From Salinispira sp. (GTDB lineage Bacteria; Spirochaetota; Spirochaetia; DSM-27196; Salinispiraceae): 64,000 bases of DNA. This document shows, in pieces, positions 22,496 to 32,659 of the stretch (position 1 is its first letter; each line of letters starts with the position of its first letter). The notes beneath the pieces are model-generated. The model saw nothing but the letters and a program-made list of their open reading frames with translations. It made no database searches and was not told where the DNA came from. The stretch is taken from positions 320,001-384,000 of the forward strand of contig CBDDDG010000021.1 of the NCBI GenBank assembly GCA_965226555.1. Reading direction: 5' to 3'. Made by a program: the position numbers and the translations under genes.

Positions 22496-23428
22496 TTAAA
22501 AGAGTTCCAGGGGCTGATCAATACTCCCCTTAAGGAATACTTCAAAACGCGGACTCGCCCCTTCGAACAAGTACCGGCGGAGTTTTGAAACATCCTTAAT
22601 ATGCACGCCGCCCACGCTAATCCTGATCGGCGTACCATGTTTTACCTTGCCCCATTTGAATAAGGCATTTAGATCATTGATTCGCTCGCCATCATAATAC
22701 ACGAGGACATCTAAGTCATCATACGATGAACGATAGCTGGCAATTATACGCTTCCACGATTCAACATTACCGTTATGAAATAGTTCATTAGTAACCAATA
22801 CCGAATATTTTGGAGTAATGCGGTAATTTTCGGTTTTTGAAGGTTCGGGAGATGCAGATGTAGCCGGAGTTGGAACCAGTGCCGGAGCAGAAAATCTCCC
22901 GCCCCCCGCCGCTCGGTATTCTTTTGCCCCTGTAACATCGTTGCCGGCAAGCACCTCATGCACATCATATACTGCCTGATCCTTCATTTCCTTACTCACA
23001 TTACTGTTGAACGATTGAAGATATACGACAAGCAACTCATCCTTCATTATAGGAAGAACCGGTTTCCATGATTCAGGCTGTGTAGGGTTGATAAGGCACA
23101 TACCAATTTCAGGATGCTGATAGGTGATCACAATCTGAAACGCAGTCCATTGGGAGAGCGTTTTACAGATTTTTCGGCAGTCGTCAAAACCCCGCACTGA
23201 GTTTTTGGAACAATAGCTGTATTCAAACTTGTCAACAAGCATGGAACTGATAATGGGAGGAATGTGTTCCTTTATTATTGTATTGTTTGTCAGAGCGGGT
23301 TGGAGAAGATCTGCAAGGTTTTGACCCGAGCTGATGGGTTTGATGAGACTGCTAACATATTTAAAATACCGCAGAGCAACGTTAAACCCTGCTCTGCGGG
23401 AAAAAATATCAAAATTGCCAGAGGACAT
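22496..23428 (-). CDS. Hypothetical protein of the spirochaete cfpA cluster
   Basis: 310-aa ORF between cfpA and ppdK, the order known from Treponema. Confidence 0.75.
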   Translation of the reverse strand: MSSGNFDIFSRRAGFNVALRYFKYVSSLIKPISSGQNLADLLQPALTNNTIIKEHIPPIISSMLVDKFEYSYCSKNSVRGFDDCRKICKTLSQWTAFQIVITYQHPEIGMCLINPTQPESWKPVLPIMKDELLVVYLQSFNSNVSKEMKDQAVYDVHEVLAGNDVTGAKEYRAAGGGRFSAPALVPTPATSASPEPSKTENYRITPKYSVLVTNELFHNGNVESWKRIIASYRSSYDDLDVLVYYDGERINDLNALFKWGKVKHGTPIRISVGGVHIKDVSKLRRYLFEGASPRFEVFLKGSIDQPLELF

Positions 23429-23434
23429 ATGCCT

Positions 23435-25405
23435 TTAAAGCTCCTGCAATCCATCGTCAGCAATGTTACCCGAAGCCGGTGAAATATCAGCCTTCCCCTT
23501 TACACCAGCCCCAACAGGACTGGCAACAGGCGGAGCGCTTGTCTCGTTGTCATCTACATTTTCATCATTGTCAGCATTGTAGCTCATGCCAATATCCTCA
23601 CGGACAGTTGAACGGCGGCGCGTAAATGCCGCAAAAGCCGCATCCTGAAAACCTTTTGAAACTCCATGGAGGAATTCATTAAGTACGTTTGCCATACTGT
23701 TCAGCGTATGTTTCTTACGTTTGATACTGGTAATATCAACATCGAAGAGAATGCCCGCCTGAATATGATAGGGATTAATCTGATAGTCAAAATCTTCAAA
23801 CTGCTGACGCAGAAATGTAACCCTGTTATCAAGTATTACCCGCTCCTTTGGGTTCTGAAAACCGTAGAGAGTAGATATTTTCTTGGTAAAGTCCGAAAAC
23901 ATTTTTTTGAAGAGCTTCTTTTCATGGAGATATGTTTGATTAAGACGCTCCACTTCTGTTACATCCGCCTTGATATGAGAAATCTCGTTCCAGACCTTTT
24001 TGAGTTCGGCAACGATGGGGTCACCGGTAACATCGAAGCTGGCAGTTTCTTTCCTGCGGCCAATTTTCTGGCTGAGACGGTTGACAAGGCTGTCGAAATC
24101 GGCTACTGCAAAATTTGACCGGTTATCACGATACACTTGCTCAATCACATCATACAGCCGCTGAATTTCCCTGCGGAACGCTTCAAGCTGTGCATCGTAG
24201 GCAGCCTGTTCAACATGGATCTGTTCGGAATCATAGAACTTCAGGCGTATTTGATAACGCTCATCGGGAATATTTTCAATATCGGTATCCTCATATTCCC
24301 GAATGATCAGCTCGCGGGCATTTTTGAGGTTCTCAATGTATTGATAGCCCATTTTACTCCAGTCGAGAATTGAGGTAAGAGAATTAATGACAGTATTGAA
24401 ACCGCGGTTTCGAATGTTTTCAATGTCAATAATCTTTTTCAGATTTTCACGGATGTTTGCGGGATCAAACTCCTTGGGATCGATATCTGCGCGAAGGCCG
24501 GATATTTTATCCATGAGCGATTTCGCGAGAAAACGATAGCGCTTTGAGGCTTCATCACTAACATTGTCATCGGTGAACTCAGGAACCCTGCTCATCTTCT
24601 CGAAAATAATTTCGGAATCGGTCAGTTCTTCCTGTCCATCATCAATACGCTCCATCTGGTAATTTTCAATTTCCTGATCAATAAGGGTGGTGATGGCACG
24701 GCTGATTTGATCCTTTATAAGATATTCAACGGTTGCCTGATACTGAAAGATGGGGCTGATAAGTTCAGAATCAAGAACATTAACTGAGAGCTTAACATCG
24801 AAGACTGTTTTGGGTTTGTGAATGTTATCCTTAAAGGCGCATTTTACAACAGAATAGGCGTTTTCACCGCGGATAAATGCTCCAACATCGGTCTTTTGAC
24901 GGAGCATGGCGTTTGTTTCATTTTCGAGATCATTCATACCCCGCTGAACATGGCCCTGAAGATGTCCGTACATATTTACAATCGATTTCTCAACTTCACC
25001 GGTATTGAATTTTTCAGATCCGGCTACTTCATCAAGAAGAGAAGCAATTTCCTTGGGGGTATAGCGGGCAAGCGACTTATGCTCCTCCTTATCAACAAAA
25101 TTGCGGATCTTTTTCACCATTTCATCTTCAGTTGTGGTGATATAGCGATTAAACATATTCTGGTAGTTTTGATTGAAGTAGTCGTAAAGCTTTTCTTTCA
25201 AACCTCCGCTAATATGCAATTGTTCCAGCGCCTCTTTGGGAAGCTTGGTTTGGATTGTTTTAAGGATACGATCTGTTTCCTCATGGACAAGATTATCATA
25301 TTCTTGTCGATGGTCTCGTCCATCCTGGGCCAAACTGTTTCGCGACCCCACGGCCGATGGCTTGGTCGGATGAAAAACATTTGGACTACGGGCAAGGTCT
25401 GACAT
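23435..25405 (-). CDS. cfpA: Cytoplasmic filament protein CfpA
   Basis: N-terminus [21 protein letters not shown] matches Treponema CfpA; RBS gaggag. Confidence 0.9.
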   Translation of the reverse strand: MSDLARSPNVFHPTKPSAVGSRNSLAQDGRDHRQEYDNLVHEETDRILKTIQTKLPKEALEQLHISGGLKEKLYDYFNQNYQNMFNRYITTTEDEMVKKIRNFVDKEEHKSLARYTPKEIASLLDEVAGSEKFNTGEVEKSIVNMYGHLQGHVQRGMNDLENETNAMLRQKTDVGAFIRGENAYSVVKCAFKDNIHKPKTVFDVKLSVNVLDSELISPIFQYQATVEYLIKDQISRAITTLIDQEIENYQMERIDDGQEELTDSEIIFEKMSRVPEFTDDNVSDEASKRYRFLAKSLMDKISGLRADIDPKEFDPANIRENLKKIIDIENIRNRGFNTVINSLTSILDWSKMGYQYIENLKNARELIIREYEDTDIENIPDERYQIRLKFYDSEQIHVEQAAYDAQLEAFRREIQRLYDVIEQVYRDNRSNFAVADFDSLVNRLSQKIGRRKETASFDVTGDPIVAELKKVWNEISHIKADVTEVERLNQTYLHEKKLFKKMFSDFTKKISTLYGFQNPKERVILDNRVTFLRQQFEDFDYQINPYHIQAGILFDVDITSIKRKKHTLNSMANVLNEFLHGVSKGFQDAAFAAFTRRRSTVREDIGMSYNADNDENVDDNETSAPPVASPVGAGVKGKADISPASGNIADDGLQEL

Positions 25406-25504
25406 AATTAAACTCCTCATCATGTCGTCTTCAGGTGTTTTTAGTACCTTCGTTATATTTTGGTATTATGTAGTGTCACACTCACTATACCATAATTTAC
25501 TTTC

Positions 25505-25585
25505 AAAAACTTTTGCATTCTGCAAAACTTTGGTATGTGCTTAGCATTCTCGCACCTTGTAGAAAGTTTTGAATTCTGCAAAACG
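25505..25585. repeat. AT-rich palindromic repeat
   Basis: ttttgcattctgcaaaactttggtatgtgcttagcattctc...tagaaagtttt. Confidence 0.7.
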
Positions 25586-25590
25586 TTATT

Positions 25591-27891
25591 TCAAAAATTC
25601 ATTGTTTGATTATAATCTAAATTCCGGATTAATTCACGGAAATCTTCTTCATTAACGAGAGTTTTTTCAAAACTTCGATCAAGGAAGCTGCTCGCGATAA
25701 ACCAGATAGTTGCGCTTCCCGCAATTTCGTGAACTGACTGGTCGGGAAGGGTAAGTGTATTTCCCGGATATATCCAGTCTGGGTTTCGTTCAAAGATTGT
25801 TTCTTCACCCAGAAAATCATATCCATTATTATAGCTTATCCAGTTACTAATAAAAAGTACTTCTTCCAGACTCCATTCAATTTTTTCGAATTTATCCGCT
25901 ATAACAGTATCGGCAGCTCTCTCTGTATCTTGATTCTGGGAGGATGTTTCTTGATTCAGGGAGGATATCGCCGCTTCACTTTGAGAAGATGCCGCCGCTT
26001 CACTTTGGGAAGGTGCTTCCTGATTCTGGGCAGATGCTGCCGCTTCGCTTTGCGATTGTTCCTCTGCAGCGCGTGTGTCGCCGTTTTCTCCAGGGGACGA
26101 TTGTGCTCCCCCTGAAAAAAACATGGCAAGGAATAGTACCAGTATGATGGCTGTTCCTGCTACGAGTAAGGGGATAGCAATGTTCCGTTTTCCGGTCTTG
26201 GGCTTTTCTGCGTTCCGTTTTCCGGCATCCTGAGTTGTATATCTTTTATTGGGGGTACCCGCCCTATTGGGATCCTCCGACATCTCTGTTTTGTTGGGAG
26301 TGTTTGCCTTATCGGAAACATTTTTCGATGTATCGGTATGTGAAATTTCCGAGCCGGGGGCAGGTGCATAATAATGTTCTTCAGGATCTCCTTCTGCGGT
26401 TTCATTGCCATGGAGCAGATACTGAAGCGTATTGATGAGCCTCGTGAGTTCATCGTTGTATTCGGATGTTTTCGGTTTGTGCCCTGCAAGATCGGCAATT
26501 TTTCCACGGGTCTCATCCCATGAACGGAAGGTTTTCCGGGTTATTCCTTCAGCCATAAAAAACAATACTGTCCATTTTTTGTCTTGCTGGATAAGCGCTG
26601 CGCGGACAGGAAGCTTTACCGTCATCTGAAGCGATGTAATGTGTTCGGCAATGAATGATGCATCATTGGCGGCGCTGCCGATTTCCAGATGAAGATTAAC
26701 ATAATTCCACACCCACAGGAGAACGGTGAAGCGGGTAATATGATCATCCTGCCTGAGCGATTCAAGCTGCGTTTTTATACCGGATGTAAGATCAAGATTA
26801 TGAATCAGTTCCCGTCCGCGGCTTCCCATAAATTGTTCCAGCGAATTCTGAGCGGTATCGGAATCAACATTCACTGAAACAGAACCGGCAGCGCCGCCGG
26901 GAAGGTAATACGGAACAAGGGGGAGAAGAGGTGGAGGAAGATGAAGCCATGTTTTTCCCTTGGGAAGTGAGAGCGATGTAACAGTATGTTTGGAATTCCG
27001 TTCACTGATTCTGAGATGCTGTTTATACGATTGTACTTTCAGGCAAAAGGGAAGACCTTCTGGCGCGCCTATGTTCACATTCACCGCAAGGTTTTTGAGA
27101 AGGGCAATGAATTTTCCGGTATTTCCCTTCGGATCAGCGTCTGCAACAATTGTGATGTCGGTTTCCTGATCTTTCCCCCGTGATCTCTGCCATTTTACCA
27201 TATTCATGAGGTCCCCCGCATGTGAGGATCCTGCAAAATTCCGGATCATTGATGGAGGAATCATGGCTTCGGCAATGGAGGCAACAGTGCTGTAAACCAT
27301 TCCTGCCGGCTGAACTATTCCATTTTCAAAGAGGGCAAAACTCTTATCCGGGAATACAATAAAACCGGGAAATAAAAGATCATCAGGGGTGAGGAAGTTC
27401 TCTGTTTTGCGTACAAGATCGTCTATTCGCTGAATAAGCTCAATGGCATGACGATCGGTCTTCTCCCGTTCCAGCAGATCAAAGAGACAATTGCCATTGA
27501 GAAATATTTTGCAATTCTCATCATCATAAAAAACAACATTGTCATTATAATTCCGGGCATCATCCTGAGAAATGGAATGATCCATGGCTTTTTTATTCCC
27601 GATAATACGTATCATCGCATCAACAAGTTCCTGAGAACCAACATAGTTTGTCGGTTCCGAAGCAGATGCGGCAATACATGAAGATTCAATGAACCAGTTA
27701 CCGGTTAATCTATCGGTGAGGATAACATATCCGATATAGGGGCGAATGCTTTCGGGGATCGCCGCGCTGTTGCCGATGCGTATGAAAGGTTTGCGCATAT
27801 GGCTCGGGCAACCCGTGTAAAGAATATAGCATTCCTGATCAATATGATATAAGCGGTTGCTGGTAATGTTTGTTTTTCTCTTGGCATTCAA
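25591..27891 (-). CDS. Hypothetical membrane-anchored protein with a C-terminal LysM-like motif
   Basis: 766 aa; TM helix IAIPLLVAGTAIILVLFLAMFF; QSEAAAS repeats; NPDWIYPGNTLTLP. Confidence 0.7.
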   Translation of the reverse strand: MNAKRKTNITSNRLYHIDQECYILYTGCPSHMRKPFIRIGNSAAIPESIRPYIGYVILTDRLTGNWFIESSCIAASASEPTNYVGSQELVDAMIRIIGNKKAMDHSISQDDARNYNDNVVFYDDENCKIFLNGNCLFDLLEREKTDRHAIELIQRIDDLVRKTENFLTPDDLLFPGFIVFPDKSFALFENGIVQPAGMVYSTVASIAEAMIPPSMIRNFAGSSHAGDLMNMVKWQRSRGKDQETDITIVADADPKGNTGKFIALLKNLAVNVNIGAPEGLPFCLKVQSYKQHLRISERNSKHTVTSLSLPKGKTWLHLPPPLLPLVPYYLPGGAAGSVSVNVDSDTAQNSLEQFMGSRGRELIHNLDLTSGIKTQLESLRQDDHITRFTVLLWVWNYVNLHLEIGSAANDASFIAEHITSLQMTVKLPVRAALIQQDKKWTVLFFMAEGITRKTFRSWDETRGKIADLAGHKPKTSEYNDELTRLINTLQYLLHGNETAEGDPEEHYYAPAPGSEISHTDTSKNVSDKANTPNKTEMSEDPNRAGTPNKRYTTQDAGKRNAEKPKTGKRNIAIPLLVAGTAIILVLFLAMFFSGGAQSSPGENGDTRAAEEQSQSEAAASAQNQEAPSQSEAAASSQSEAAISSLNQETSSQNQDTERAADTVIADKFEKIEWSLEEVLFISNWISYNNGYDFLGEETIFERNPDWIYPGNTLTLPDQSVHEIAGSATIWFIASSFLDRSFEKTLVNEEDFRELIRNLDYNQTMNF

Positions 27892-27937
27892 TTTAATGTA
27901 TTATATGATAAGAAAATTAATGGGTCAATAAAATATG

Positions 27938-27998
27938 AAAAACTTTTGCATTGATAAAGTTTTGCCTAAAAAAATTTTGCAAAATGCACAATTTTCTA
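27938..27998. repeat. AT-rich palindromic repeat
   Basis: aacttttgcattgataaagttttgcc...ttttgcaaaatgcacaattttc. Confidence 0.7.
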
Positions 27999-28040
27999 TA
28001 AGTGCCCATAGTACATTTTTTGCGGGATGAATACAGAATT

Positions 28041-29186
28041 ATGATTGTCACACAGCGGACAAAGACAAAGATAATACCTATTGCAGGCGGGAAGGGCGGT
28101 GTCGGTAAAACAGAATTCTGCGCGAATTTAGGTGTTCATCTCGGACAGCTCGGATATAAAGTCATTCTCATAGACCTTGATCTGGGCGGGTCAAATCTTC
28201 ATTCAACACTTGGGCTTAAAAATAAGTCGGTTGGTGTCGGAAACTTTCTCTCAGATAGAAAACTCAATTTCAACAATCTGATCAGCCAGACACACTATTC
28301 GAATGTCGGTTTTATTCCCGGCGATGTATTGGTAGCCGGAACGCCGAATCTCGGCTTTGCGCAGAAACAGAGTCTTATACATAATATCGAAAAACTGGAT
28401 GCCGATTATGTTCTCATTGATCTGGGTTCAGGTTCCTCAAATAATGTGGTCGATTTTTTTCTCATTTCCAATTCAGGAATTTTACTTACCTCTCCCCACA
28501 TTGGGTCAATACTCAACACATACAGCTTTTTGAAAAATACCATATTCCGTTTTCTTATTCGCGCCTTCTCAGGAGAATCGGATGTTGAAAAATATCTCAG
28601 AGAATCCATAAAGGAACGCCGCCCGGGAAATCCGGTAACAATTGCCAATGTATTTGCGGGCATTGAGGAAATGGATTCTGCCTTTGCAAGGAAGGCAAGG
28701 CGATATGTGGATTTGGTACGCCCTCTGCTTGTATTAAATATGGTGAGAACTGCTGATGATTTTGATATTCTCGAAAGATTACGGGATCTTACCGGCAACA
28801 ATCTTGATGTTAAACTGGAAACTCTGGGGATGATCATTCATGATGACAGCATAGCTGCCTCCCATCGTTCGAAAATTCCCATGGTTGAAATTGTTCCCGA
28901 AAGCCTTTTTAGTATTGAGGTTGACCGTATTACCCAGAAAATTGTTCAGTCGCCCAATTTTCCCGAGCTTGCTCTTGCCACCGATCTCTATCCCGATTCC
29001 TATGCGCTCATGCATATAGAATCGAAACAGGATCTGGAACAGCTTTATCAACAGCGCACCGCTCCCGAACGTCAGGCTCAGGCAGATGCCACAGAATTCC
29101 TCGAAGTGCTCAGCACGCAGAAAAAACAAATTCATGAATTACGAAATACTGTTCGGATGCTCTCCATGAAAAACCCTCCGACGTGA
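28041..29186 (+). CDS. MinD/FlhG-family P-loop ATPase
   Basis: Deviant Walker A GGKGGVGKT; IDLDLGG.NL. Confidence 0.88.
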   Translation: MIVTQRTKTKIIPIAGGKGGVGKTEFCANLGVHLGQLGYKVILIDLDLGGSNLHSTLGLKNKSVGVGNFLSDRKLNFNNLISQTHYSNVGFIPGDVLVAGTPNLGFAQKQSLIHNIEKLDADYVLIDLGSGSSNNVVDFFLISNSGILLTSPHIGSILNTYSFLKNTIFRFLIRAFSGESDVEKYLRESIKERRPGNPVTIANVFAGIEEMDSAFARKARRYVDLVRPLLVLNMVRTADDFDILERLRDLTGNNLDVKLETLGMIIHDDSIAASHRSKIPMVEIVPESLFSIEVDRITQKIVQSPNFPELALATDLYPDSYALMHIESKQDLEQLYQQRTAPERQAQADATEFLEVLSTQKKQIHELRNTVRMLSMKNPPT

Positions 29187-30749
29187 ATCGGTCTGTTTAT
29201 TAAGAAAATACTCAAAGCTGTCCAGAAGGGCTTCCCAACTCGCTTCCACAATGTTTTCATTAACGCCAACGGTGCCCCAGTCTTCTGTTCCATCGGAACT
29301 GGTAATAAAAACCCGCACCTTTGCGGCAGAAGCACTTTCCGGATTAAGTACCCGAACCCTGTAGTCGATAAGGCGGATTTTTTCCAGTTCCGGATAATGG
29401 GGGCCGAGGGCATTACGGAGAGCAGCATCCAGAGTTTCGACCGGGCCGATTCCCACAGCCGCTCCCATAATTTCAGTTCCGGCATCATCGAGAAACATAC
29501 GCCCAATGGTGCTGCTCTGCAAATGCGTGGTTTTATAGCTTTCTAAATGGTAGTTTTTCAGCTGCACAAAGGGGCGGTAGGTTCCCAGCGCTCTGCGTAC
29601 AAGAATGTCGAAACTGCCTTCGGCCGCCTCATATTCATAGCCTTCGTTTTCTTTGTGCTTGAGTGTTTCAATAAGCGTTTTTACCACGCTGCTGTTTTTG
29701 TCGTAGTTTCCGTACTTGCGCAGTTTTTCGACTATGGTCGATTTTCCTGCCAGTTCACTGAGCAGTACCTGGCGTGAGTTTCCCACGAGAGAACCATCCA
29801 TGTGTTCCATGAGCCGGGGGGCCTTGAGGATGACATCCGCATGCTGTCCGGCCTTATGCGCAAAGGCCGCAATACCAACGAAGGCCTGCCGTTTTTCAGG
29901 AATAATGTTCGCCTTTTCGGCAACAAAACGGCTGAGTGCTGTGAGATGCTCCATGTTTTTTTCGCAATAGGCTTTGTAGCCCATCTTCAGGGTGAGATTC
30001 GGCATAATTTCACAGAGGTTCGCGTTTCCGCAGCGCTCACCCCAGCCGTTTATGGTTCCCTGAATGTGCATTGCTCCATGATGTACCGCTGTAATACTGT
30101 TGGCAACGGCAGTGCCGCAGTCGTTATGAAAGTGTCCGCCGAGGTTCGTGTATCCTGAGCCGGAGAGTTCCTTATACATTGCTGTAACTTCATGGGGGAG
30201 GGTTCCGCCGTTTGTATCGCAGCAGACCAGAACATCGGCGCCAGCCTCTTTTCCGGTCTGTAATACACGGAGCGCATAGTCTTTGTTATCCTTCCAGCCG
30301 TCAAAGAAGTGTTCCATATCGAAAATAACTTCTCGTTCCTCTTTTTTGAGGAAGCTGATGGAGTCGGATATCATACGGAGATTTTCTTCAAGGTCAGTGC
30401 CGAGTACTTTGTGTACATGCTCAGTCCATGTTTTCCCGACAATGACAACGGTATCGGTTTCTGCCTCAAGAAGAGCGCGAATCTGAGCGTCGCTCTCCGC
30501 CTTTCCTCCGGCTTTCCGCGTAGAACCAAAGCTGGCAATGCGCGCGTGCTTTATACTCATTGATTTTATGCGCTTGAAAAACTCGGCTTCCTTTTTGTTG
30601 CTCAGGGGAAAGCCGCCTTCAATGTAGTCAATACCAATTTCATCGAGTCTTCGGGCAATCTGGAGCTTATCATCAAGCGTATAGCTTATCTCAATGCCCT
30701 GCATTCCATCGCGGAGAGTTGTATCGAAAATTGAAATTGTTCTACTCAT
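29139..30749 (-). CDS. cimA: Citramalate synthase (LeuA-like)
   Basis: DTTLRDG.QG, YIEGGFP.SN, HFHNDCG, GERCGNANL, AFAHKAG.H, YRVRVL...VRV. Confidence 0.9.
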   Translation of the reverse strand: MSRTISIFDTTLRDGMQGIEISYTLDDKLQIARRLDEIGIDYIEGGFPLSNKKEAEFFKRIKSMSIKHARIASFGSTRKAGGKAESDAQIRALLEAETDTVVIVGKTWTEHVHKVLGTDLEENLRMISDSISFLKKEEREVIFDMEHFFDGWKDNKDYALRVLQTGKEAGADVLVCCDTNGGTLPHEVTAMYKELSGSGYTNLGGHFHNDCGTAVANSITAVHHGAMHIQGTINGWGERCGNANLCEIMPNLTLKMGYKAYCEKNMEHLTALSRFVAEKANIIPEKRQAFVGIAAFAHKAGQHADVILKAPRLMEHMDGSLVGNSRQVLLSELAGKSTIVEKLRKYGNYDKNSSVVKTLIETLKHKENEGYEYEAAEGSFDILVRRALGTYRPFVQLKNYHLESYKTTHLQSSTIGRMFLDDAGTEIMGAAVGIGPVETLDAALRNALGPHYPELEKIRLIDYRVRVLNPESASAAKVRVFITSSDGTEDWGTVGVNENIVEASWEALLDSFEYFLNKQTDSRRRVFHGEHPNSIS

Positions 30750-30763
30750 ATCAGTATACAGTT

Positions 30764-30837
30764 CGGGAATGACGGGATTTGAACCCGCGACCTCCGGCTT
30801 GACAGGCCGGCGTTCTAACCAGCTGAACTACATCCCC
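30764..30837 (-). tRNA. tRNA-Asp(GTC)
   Basis: Reverse complement ggggatgtagttcagctggttagaacgccggcctGTCaagccggaggtcgcgggttcaaatcccgtcattcccg. Confidence 0.95.
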
Positions 30838-30861
30838 ATTTATTGTGTGTAATTGTCAGGA

Positions 30862-30890
30862 ATTATGTAACAAGATATGTACTGTGTCAA
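30862..30890 (-). promoter_or_regulatory. Sigma70-like promoter of tRNA-Asp
   Basis: Minus strand TTGACA-17 bp-CATAAT. Confidence 0.7.
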
Positions 30891-30929
30891 GTGCTCTTTT
30901 TTTATATGGGTGAATTCGCCCGCATATAT

Positions 30930-31070
30930 AAAAAGGCGGCTGATATGGAGTCAGCCGCCGGGACATATCCAATGGTAAAGGAGCAAAACCATTTGATACA
31001 TTACACAATTAAACATCACTAATTTAGGAGGTAGTTGATGCACCTTTATATAAAAGAAGACAACGAACTT
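30930..31070 (-). ncRNA. Candidate sRNA: three stem-loops with CUCC(U) loops, ending in an intrinsic terminator
   Basis: Hairpins at 31014-31040, 30967-30998 and 30935-30959 plus U-run; 5' end inferred from a TGnTACCAT motif near 31076-31084. Confidence 0.5.
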
Positions 31071-31179
31071 CTCTCATGGTAACAAAAATATGATTTGTGA
31101 GAATGGGATATTACAGGTTCCCTACAAAGTTTTGCAAAACTTTCTGTGGTTATGTGCCGCATGTTACATTATAATTATA

Positions 31180-32435
31180 GAAACCTTTGAATAACTCCAT
31201 TATATCTGCCGGTAGTCTTTTTTCCACGCAGAAAAAATTATTCATCGTTTTTCACGTTATTCTCTTCAGCATCCTCCGTCTTTTTTCGGCGCGATACGCG
31301 CTATATTCGTTCTTTTTTTCATCTTTTTTCAGTATTTCCCTCATTTCCGGCAGCAGTACCGCCATAAGGGCACAGCTATCCTGTTGTTATGCCGCAACCG
31401 CAGAGTTTTCCAGCGCCATGTTCCCCATTCGCCGTTTCATGCCGATCATCTGTTTCAGATTATACATAATCGCCATACACATAAACCGACTCTGATTCCT
31501 CTGAACTCCCATATACCGCGCCTTTCTTGCGCCGCAATGGAGTTTGCTCAGCCCAAAAAACCGCTCCACCGTATTCCTTACGCGCGACCGCCCGTAATTC
31601 GCCTGCTTCTGCTCATCGGTTAACGGTGTGTTCCGATACGCCCGCTCATGTATTTGATTCTCTATGCCCATCTCCTCAAGCATCGCAGCAATCGCTTTAC
31701 TCCGGTACGCGGCATCCGCGTACACCACCGTCTCATTTACCGTCACGTGTATCTTGAAACCGTAGGTTGTTCGTACCGTTCCATCGCCTCCCTTCTTACT
31801 CGCGTAGGCCGCTTCAGGATCCTGTGTCGATTCTCCTGCGTCATTTTTTTTCTTCCGATGCCGCGAAGCCTGTATGACACTCGCGTCAATTATGCTGACT
31901 GCGCCCCGGTGCACTTCACAATCCTGCGTGTCCAACTGCGCATTCACCGTGTCCAAGAGCGCACTAAGAATATTCTTACGGGTCAGTTGTTCCCGAAACC
32001 GCCATATCGTGGAATGATCGGGAGTATCATCGAGAACATTGAGCCCCACAAAACGCTTGTATGCCAAGTCGCAGGCAAGAGCATTTTCCATGCCTTCATC
32101 GCTGAGATTCTGCCAAGATTGCAGCAACAGCACTTTGAACATCATAACCGGATGATATCCTTTCGCGCCCATCGATTTGTTGTTGATAGCACAGAGCATC
32201 TCCCCAATTTCCTTCCAATTGATCAGTTCATACAGGCTATCGAAGCGTTTCAGCGCTTTACTTTCCTGAATACCCTGATTGATCAGCGATCCATGATGTT
32301 CTTTCCAATTATTTCCCATTGTGTTCTCCTGTTTCAGCGCCGGACAGCGCGCAATACAACCCGATTGCTCATTCCCAGCTCTCTGTGTGAATTTTCTTCA
32401 AAATACCATTATTCCCGATGATGTGCAAAGGTTTC
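31180..32435 (-). mobile_element. IS5-family element A
   Basis: Terminal IRs gaaacctttg.../...caaaggtttc; ttata direct repeats at 31175-31179 and 32436-32440. Confidence 0.85.
31387..32319 (-). pseudogene. IS5-family transposase with an apparent in-frame internal deletion
   Basis: PDHSTIWRFR, IIDAS, YGFKIH joined almost directly to VYADAAY (no TTPANVHD segment), R..VER.FG. Confidence 0.7.
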
Positions 32436-32659
32436 TTATATGAGACCATTGCATAATCCATGGTTTTATTGATGTAGGGAAGGATGATAAAAAATTTGAG
32501 ATAAAGTGATGGGATGATGCGGGAAAAACGGGGTGATAACACCATCTGAGTGCCTGCAAAGGATCGCATTTCGCTCATTTTCGACCGTTTCTCCGCTGGT
32601 TTTTGTCTTTCGGGCGTCTGTTGCCGGTCGGCTTCTGCCGTTTGTCCCGAATGCGGTCG

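Noticed and set aside
31038..31082. 14-aa peptide after aggaggt on the + strand
   Set aside because: No recognisable features; the GGAGG is explained by the hairpin-loop pattern, though translation cannot be excluded
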